Shown here: in pieces, positions 55,937 through 64,000 of the stretch | Layout: each line of letters begins with the position of its first letter | Position numbering within the stretch: position 1 is the stretch's first letter | DNA from: Chrysomallon squamiferum | Taxonomy: Eukaryota; Animalia; Mollusca | Length of the DNA stretch: 64,000 nucleotides | Assembly (NCBI GenBank): GCA_012295275.1 | Contig: CM022665.1 | Location: 23,312,001 to 23,376,000, forward strand | Direction: 5' to 3' | Program-made: the position numbers and the translations under genes | The notes under the pieces: generated by a model | The model's input: only the letters and a program-made list of their open reading frames with translations | Told to the model about the DNA's origin: nothing | Database searches by the model: none

Positions 55937-58900
55937 TATGGGTCATTCCATGTCAAATCACCCCCCCCAAAAAAGGGAAAATTTAAACCCGACCGTCTCA
56001 GTTTTTATGAAACTTGGTACACTTGTTGACTGGGATCCCACAGCACCAAATCTGAAATATTAGCCCAATCGGATCAGTGGTATGGGAGATATGGCCCACC
56101 GAATTTTGAGATTTTTGACAAAAATGGGCGTGACCACCAACCTTAGAACCCTCATATCTCAGGAACTACTGGGCCAATCTTCATAAAATTGGTATTGTTG
56201 AAAAGGCAATATGTCAAGGATTCCAAATCTGCCATTTTTGTTCAGTTTGGAAAATACTGGAGTACATTGACCTATTGACCTTTGCTATGACCTTGAAATT
56301 GACCGTGTGGATCACGTGACCTTGAGATGACCTTTACTGAAATTTAATCTCCCACATGTAAACTAAAACATAAAAAAGTTTCCTGGGTGTAATATTTTTT
56401 GTTTAGCCACAATATAGATATAAAAAATGCACATACATGAAAATAACACCTTTTCAGTCATTAACATCTGATTAACTAAAACCTGAATGATCAATTCTGA
56501 ATGCTAAGAATCACCATCTTTCTTGATCATCGAGTAAGACATTGTATGCCTACATGTATGAATAAAGTTCACATAAATTTGAGAGAACTAGGTGTTTCTG
56601 ATGCTTAACCTTCTCACCATCTTTGTTTCAAATGCTCACTGTATCCTACATTCCCGGACATATTCTACTGTTCTCATCACTTTTATAAAATTGGATTATA
56701 TCCTCCTTCAATTCATTTGACAGAACTTTCCCTTGTTTCTTATCACAGAGGGATAGAATCACTTTCTCTTTCTTCACCACACAGCTTTTTTTCATAAGGT
56801 AATTCGTTGTTTCAAATTCATTCATTGTCCTTTCAATGGTAAAGGGTGACAAAGTCAAGATTTGCACACACTCTGGGTAGGATTCAGACATTAAGATGTC
56901 ATTTTAATGTTACTGTAGCTGATGCTAGTTTTTTTCTGTCCTTTCATTTGTTTACTGGAACGTGCTGGTGAATGGAGTTTGACAGGAGTTTCACCTAAAC
57001 TCGAAAGAATAGAATTCAAATCAAAGTCCTTTTCTGGGGAAACAACAACCAGCGGTTTGTCTGGCAATTTATTATCAAATTCTCCCATTGTAATACCACC
57101 CATACTAAAGCCATCCTCTGCAGGGGTTTGGACCTTTGATTTCTGAAGGCTAATCAGACAGTCACAGCACAACTTGTCTCCTGGCACTAGTGTCTTTGGA
57201 GGATTTACTAAGCATTTATAAGTGCCCATGCTAACAATTCTTAAAGATCTAGTGCATGCTTGCTTAGGATGGTGATTAAGGGGATCACAACAGTTTTTCC
57301 GCAATGTTGAAAACTTGATTAAAACTTCTTGTTCATGATGTGAACAGATACTCTTGATGTCCCGTGTTTTGATCCTACTTCGAAGAGTGAGGAGTTCGAC
57401 TTCCTCAGTTTTCCATACACTTCACAACAACTCCTTTTTGATATGATGGTGTTGATAACACACATTTTCAGGAGAGTTAAAGCTGCAGTTAGCCCTGGAA
57501 GAAATAAGGATTTTCAGTATTGGCCTACACCTTCAATTCAAAGTCAGTGCTTTCCTAAATATCAAATCAAATCATGAAACCCTTTCAGTAAAGTTAAGCA
57601 GGTCATAAAATGGCAGCAGAGTACATGTGTTATTGTCAAAGGCCCACAAGTCTTGGGTATTTATGTCAATCTTCTCGAGTATAAATTTCAGTTTATTAAG
57701 GTGAAGGTAGACCTTGTTCATACTCTCTGCCGAAGACTGGGTGTACAAATACATTATGCAGTACATCACTTGATGACGTCTGATTTCAGACTGGGTTGAG
57801 CTGTTGTTGACTGAAACCTTGTTCAAAACCAATGGCAAGGCCACATGACATGATAAAATGACTTAATAGGTTTTATGAAGAAAACAATGCTTACTTATTA
57901 ACATCTGACATTGTGTCCAACTTAAAAAGCTTCAGATAGAACATGTCATGCCATTTAGCATCTTTTCATATCCTTCAGGCATTCCTTCAGACATGTCAGG
58001 TGGGTTTTAACTCCAAAGATGAGTTTTTGGTCTCAGAAAAGTGTATTCATAAAGAAAATGTACATTGTAATGCATTGTATCAATCATCCATGCAGGTATG
58101 CATTTTTTAAATCTCTATTATGGCTAAACAAAAAATATTACACCCAGGAAACTTTTATATGTGAACTTTATGCGTGAACTTTATGCATACAAGTAGGCCT
58201 ACAGTGTCTTACTTGATGATCAAGAAAGATGGTGATTCCTAGCATCCAAAATTGATCATTCAGGTTTTAATTAATATTATGTTAATAGTGGAAAAGGTGT
58301 TATTTTCATGTATGTGCATTTTTTATATCTATATTGTGGCTAAACAAAAAATATTACACCCAGGAAACTTTTATATGTTTTAGTTAACATGTGGGAGATT
58401 AAATTTCAATAATGGTCATCTCAAGGTCATGTGATCCACACGGTCAATTTCAAGGTCATAGCAAAGGTCAAAAGGTCAATGTACTCCAATATTTTCCAAA
58501 CTGAACAAAAATGGCAAATTTGGAATCCATGTGATATTGCCTTTTCAACAATACCAATTTTATGAAGATTGGCCCAGTAGTTCCTGAGATATGAGGGTTC
58601 TAAGGTTGGTGGTCACGCCCATTTTTGCCAAAAATCTCAAAATTCAGTGGGCCATATCTCCCATACCACTGATCCGATTGGGCTAATATTTCAGATTTGG
58701 TGCTGTGGGATCCCAGTCAACAAGTGTACCAAGTTTCATAAAAATCTGAGACGGTCGGGTTTAACCCATTGGGTGATTTGACACGGAATGACCCATATGT
58801 ATATATATATATATATATATAAAAACACCACTTCTTTTTATATTTTCTCATACCATTAAATAAAAATCTTAAAATAATATGTGAAACCCAGCAGGTGTAA

Positions 58901-60900
58901 AATTGTCATTAAACATTTATCCATTTATAATGCATCATACCTCATGCCCAAAATACCCGTGTAAAATTCTAGTGATTTCACAGGATCCTTCACTCTAATC
59001 ATTGTTTGCTGAAATATGAAATCCTGAAATAAAAATTAATTTAAATATCTAACTGCACTATTCTTAAGTTGTACAAGTCATTTAATTTTATATTCATTAT
59101 TTACAAAATCATTAGTTTATCATAAGTTATAAGTCTCACAGTAATATATTATTAACATTTAACCACATCTTGGATATGGGCTGTCATGCATGCTTATATA
59201 AATTCAAGCATATCCGTCATTATCACTATGTTTTGTAAGCTGTTAAATGAGAACATAATATTGTGACTGTTTATAACATTATTGCTAACAGCAAGCGTTA
59301 TTAGGTAACACTTTATCTTTGTTCAGTTTAAATGTTTCAAAAAAATGATAAAATATTTTAAATTAATTTTTTAAATCTGTAAATGACTGAACATAAAGCT
59401 GTAAACCCAGCTATTATCCTTTTTTTGATGTCAATGTAAAAAAAGTTAAAAATTAATAAAAAATAAAAATAAATAAAATGGTAATAATAATAATAAAAAT
59501 AAATAAATAAATGATAATAATAATAATAATAATTACATCATTACTGCACATACTGACACAGAATGTCAAAAGCAAAACATAATAGTTTTAATAAAAAAAT
59601 TTCCTCAAGGAGTTCTTGCTTTGTCTGGGCTAGTTATCCAAAGCCATTTTATCCTGGTATTATTTGTAATAAAACAATATTCAATGGTTAGTGCGTGGCA
59701 AATTATTAAGATCAAGGAAGAAACAGCTGCTTATTCAGTTGCTGCAAACGTGAACAAAATGCTAACTGATTTTAGCCAGATTTAGGAGCAGCTAGACTTT
59801 CTCCGTGTACACTTATATAAGGCAAAGTGAGAAAAAATGTATCACAAGTTGTTTCAATGGATAGAGCATAGAAAAATGAAAGAAAATGGTACCAAGATTG
59901 TGAACAATGGTTGAGAAACAAGTAATCTATAACAGTTTTATTTTTTCAAAAAAATTCCATTAGAGATACAGAAAAAAGTGTGATCACTAATGAGAGAAAC
60001 TGAGACAGTTGGTAGTATCTTCCTTATTTCTTGAGTAATGACCTGAAACCTGACATGCAAAGAAACAATGATATTGGTCTGAATAAATAATAAGTGTGAA
60101 AACTCCAGAAAAGTTTTGTCCACACCGGTCTGAGCTGGTCAGAAAGCGGCGTTGACGTCACGTCGCCTGAACTAGCATTTCATTATCGATCCTCAGAAGC
60201 GCGGGCTTTGCGTCCGCATTGGGTATGCAATTATTCACAACCATACAATCATCGATCGGAACCATAAAATTGATTGAAATTAACCACAATAAGCATATCT
60301 ATAAGTATAATATATATTTTATTGAAGGACTTATCTACGATTTTTCTAATGATCGGTGACTTTCGTCTAAAACTTGAGAAACTTCTCCATCAATATTCGT
60401 ACATCAAAGAACAGTATTCTATGTCACCAAACTATATATTTTTAAAGATATTTTTGAAACGGAACACCTGAAAGGAATTTTTGAAGACAGCACTTTGCTA
60501 ACGCTGTGCACTGTTGCGACCGCCCAGCAAGGATCGCAAAGAAATTTCGCGAGCGATGGGTTATTAACACATACCTACATATATATACACACCTCTTTAC
60601 ATATAATTGAAATATATTTATAAATAACTAATGGTATTCATCATTTCATAGCTTTTTGTGTTATTCCAAAAACCTTGCAAATCATTATCAGAAACGGAGA
60701 CTCACAAAATTTCATTTAAACAGCTCGGATATTAAATTATAAACATATTCAAAGTTGTATATTCGTGGGCTTGACACAGATTTCAAATGACAGAATGTAC
60801 TTTAATAAATGTTACGTGAGCTCAGATTTGTGAATATTACCTTTGTTGCAGGATCTGGTTCTTTGCAAGCATTTTGAACATCTTTATCACATAGTGCCAT
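50610..60900 (-). CDS. GLO1: Glyoxalase I (lactoylglutathione lyase), ~175 aa. Exons 60900-60841, 59023-58941, 55765-55625, 52942-52878, 52144-52055, 50698-50610
   Basis: In-frame splicing gives [93 protein letters not shown]. The Q/E/H/E metal ligands are retained. Confidence 0.97.
52640..52780. mobile_element. Possible degenerate molluscan SINE fragment (similar remnants at ~32050-32230 and ~30710-30830)
   Basis: GAGGAACCTCCTGTTG..GGGTTAC..TTAGCAG..TGTGGGGCTCTGGCAGGAGTGGGAAACAGTCCAATAG resembles a recalled gastropod SINE consensus; heavily diverged. Confidence 0.3.
55940..58794 (-). mobile_element. Sola2-like DNA transposon with ~600-bp TIRs and decayed transposase, in GLO1 intron 2
   Basis: GGG...CCC termini, 4-bp flank ATAT on both sides (within a TA run), long TIRs (~55940-56550 vs ~58190-58794). 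Minus-strand remnants [19 protein letters not shown] and [36 protein letters not shown]; the catalytic part is deleted. Confidence 0.85.
60120..60560. promoter_or_regulatory. CpG-rich putative regulatory segment in GLO1 intron 1
   Basis: Locally CpG-dense. Contains a palindromic CRE TGACGTCA (60153-60160), ATTGG (CCAAT), ATGCAATT and TTTCGCGAG motifs. Confidence 0.4.
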
Positions 60901-61189
60901 GATCAACGGTCAAACTGGCTCGTGACTGTTACGTCTGCTCTGCCAAACGTTTAATCTATTTTTACATTCAACTTAAAAGTTACGAATTATCGACAAGCAC
61001 CACAGACATCCCAAAACAAGTACCACGGGTTAATATATACGTAGGTAGTGAGAAAGTGGCATCAATAAATGAAACTTCCTTGAACATGGAATATAATTTA
61101 CACAAAGGAGTAGCTTTAAAACTTTTTTTTCTTTTTTTTATTAAAGTCATTAATTGTAAATTACATATTTACAAGACTTTATAAGTTTA

Positions 61190-61239
<50 letters not shown>

Positions 61240-61680
61240 TAACGTATTATCAAAATAGAATAACTTAAAATAACAAAATCAGAATTCAGTTTTCATTCGG
61301 TAAGTATAATAAACTTCAAATAAATTGTAATTATGTTGATATTTGTTTTTATTGATTATTTTTCTAGGAGCGAGTATTATGAAAAGTTTCTCCTCTTTAT
61401 TTCATCTTCTTCTCTTTTCTTCTCTTTTCAATAGATGGTGTTTTCTGTAAGTTTTATTAATACTCATTTTTCGACATACAGTCTTTATCAATATATTCAC
61501 TTCTATCACCTTTTCTTATAATACCACCACCAACTTACTATGACTAGGTCCATTGCGGTTTCTGGCTGTAAGTCCCCAGCATATTTTTCTATTTATACAC
61601 CCTGAAAATGGCGGTTTGTTTGGATGGAAAATATACATAATTATGACAGTAATAGATCAGTTCTAAGTAATTATGTCTGT
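60901..61680. promoter_or_regulatory. Putative shared/divergent promoter region of GLO1 and MIS18BP1-like gene
   Basis: Head-to-head arrangement. YY1-type AAAATGGCGG at ~61605 followed by a candidate 5'UTR exon with donor near 61667. Confidence 0.45.
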
Positions 61681-61912
61681 TACAGGAATAAAACGTGCGA
61701 TAAAATAATAACAATATATTATTAGTTTTAACTAAAGAGACACAATGTTTCTTCTTCTTCTTCTTTTTTTTAACAGACGCTTTTTAAAATGAAATACGTT
61801 ATGTGCACAGATGCCAGTGAATGAGTGATGCTGATGGTCTCCGAATCTGATTTAGTGATTAATCATCAAGGTGAGTCGAGATAGCCACGGATCTGATGTG
61901 ATGATATTTCAC

Positions 61913-61949
<37 letters not shown>

Positions 61950-62258
61950 AACAGTAATTACAATGTATTGCATAAAAGATAACATAAACTTCAGATTGAT
62001 AATGATACGACCGACTGCTACAAAACAGTAACTACTAAGTAACTGACAACAGCCCGCCAATATTAATTTTTCTGGTGTTTTAAGTTAAGCTAAACTTTCT
62101 CAAGCCTTTACAAATTTAATTTTGAGACCTTAAAATCTGCTGCATTTAATTTCATTCACCGATTCAGAAATCTTTTCCACAAATATATTCATATTGTAAT
62201 TTGTACGCACAATTAGTAGGGATTAAACTTTTTTGTTTTTTTTGTTTTCTTCTTCTAG

Positions 62259-63737
62259 ATGGCACGTAAATTACAGAAAACAATTGCAATGGATCCTATT
62301 GCTGCAGCATTTGAGGAAATTTATGAGAAAAGTCCTATACCAAAGGTTTTGATGATTTATTTTCTTAAATATTCGTGTCATTTAATAATTTTTAAGTAAA
62401 ATTATTATTATATTTTTGCATTATTTAAAAAACCCCAAACCAAAACTGAAATTCAAATTTATAAGTTTAAAGATTAATCTGGTATTTATTTATTTATTTA
62501 TTATTAGTATTATTTTGATTATTAAATTTTTTTGTATAATACTTTGTGAATACTTTCTACAATGACAAACTGACAAAGACTATCTTTGAAACAGTGAACA
62601 GATGATTTTTAATGCTTTTTAATTTCAGATGTTTTCTCACATTTTCACTGGTGGTGGTAATCATCTACGTCATCCTCTTCCTTTACCCAGTACCTTCAAA
62701 CGACCGCCCCAAAAACCAAAGAAAAAATTTGTTCTGCAGTCTCTGAAGAAATTAACTGATGGTTCTTCAGTGTCGGAAGATGATTTATCCTTTGACAAAA
62801 CTTCAGATTCTTTTTCATTGGGAGATACCACAAACCAGAAGCAGTCTAACCAAGAAAATGAGAATGTTGCAATTGAAATGGCATGTGAAATAATGACCAC
62901 GACCATTGATACAAATGAAATAACAGTAAATTCTCCTAAAGATATAAATTTAATAAATGCTAATAAAGATGAGAATGAAATGGAAAATAACAGAGGTAAA
63001 TACATGTTCTGTTTTTGGTACTTTCTCTTTATGATAGTGCACCTTCTTTAACTGTTGCCAGTTGTTTTTCACAGCATGGTCAAAGTAAATGGTCAGTTAG
63101 CAAAAAATGTGTGCAGTTTGTGATATCACTGCATACAGTCCTTCTCCAAAATTCTGTGGTTAACTAATTCTATAATTTCTGCCATGAATATCATTGACTG
63201 TTGATTACATGCATACTTTCTGTTTTGATTGTGTATATATATATAAATGAAAATACTGTAGTCAATATTAAACTTTCCTTTTAATTTTCTAGTTGCAGGA
63301 AATACATCCAGTGGCTCCCAGAATGGTGACTGTAGCAAAGTTTATATTCTAACAGATTGGAATATTAAACCAGTGCCACAGTGTCGAGGAGTTGTTGTGG
63401 AAGGAAAACTTCATGGGCAAGTTTTAATATACTGACAGTTAATGTAAAGGACCTTTTAGTTACTAAAATAAAATATATTTATGGTCATGTAAGGTAAACA
63501 TTTTCAACTCTCCAAGGATAAAGTACATTACTGGAACACAAAGATGTAATCCATTTTATTGGTGAATGACAAATCATTTTCCAAACCTAATAAATTTTAT
63601 ACATATAGTTTTGTACTATCCTACTGTTTTTGTTTTTGTTTGTGTTTATATAATTTATTTCTCCTACAGTTTAAATAAATTAATTAAAAAAAAAAAAAAA
63701 TTCCTATCAAATGTTAGAAATGCTATTTCAACTTTGA

Positions 63738-63768
<31 letters not shown>

Positions 63769-64000
63769 GCATTGCTTTTACATATGACTGTAGTAATAAA
63801 AATTGTCATTAATTTCACATCTAAGAAAAAAACTATTTATTCAGAATATGATTTTATGTGCTCTGTGTTTCAGACCTTAAAATAATATGTGATTTTTGCT
63901 GCTGTATTAAATAAATTGTTTTTATATATTTGTCATTTAGATCTAATGATGATGTTCTGTGGCACAGCAGTCCTGTTAGCAAAAGAATCCAAACGCGAAC
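62259..64000 (+). CDS. MIS18BP1: SANTA-domain protein, probably Mis18-binding protein 1 / KNL2 (5' partial). Exons 62259-62345, 62629-62995, 63293-63416, 63941->64000
   Basis: Spliced translation ends in VYILTDWNIKPVPQCRGVVVEGKLHGSNDDVLWHSSPVSKRIQTR, matching the SANTA signature (L..W.IK....V.VEG......WHS..I..RI). Preceded by a low-complexity N-terminus. Confidence 0.75.

Noticed and set aside
59600-60150. Possible structured ncRNA in GLO1 intron 1
   Set aside because: No recognisable snRNA, 7SK, tRNA or telomerase-template motif.

Overview
AT-rich, intron- and microsatellite-rich eukaryotic DNA. It is most consistent with a mollusc, probably a gastropod; this is inferred from the EGF-ZP gene type and the repeat content. 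Spliced genes reconstructed by hand: (1) a cluster of EGF-EGF-ZP-furin-TM genes resembling molluscan EGF-like/ZP shell-matrix proteins, with one copy truncated at an assembly gap (2379-4414), one complete 10-exon copy (12179-17356) and an inverted, internally deleted pseudogene (~20980-23210); (2) NDUFAF5 (29051-35999, minus, 11 exons); (3) GLO1 (50610-60900, minus, 6 exons); (4) the 5' part of a SANTA-domain gene, probably MIS18BP1/KNL2 (62259 to window end, plus). Transposons: a hAT/Buster element with a perfect TSD nested in an I-clade LINE, a Sola2-like element plus its MITE derivative, a deleted Tc1/mariner and three MULE fragments. The most unusual locus lies between NDUFAF5 and GLO1. 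It is a decayed parvovirus-like NS1 (HUH endonuclease + SF3 helicase) endogenous viral element, followed by a ~7.6 kb higher-order tandem array built from complementary deletion derivatives of the segment at the 5' end of that element.
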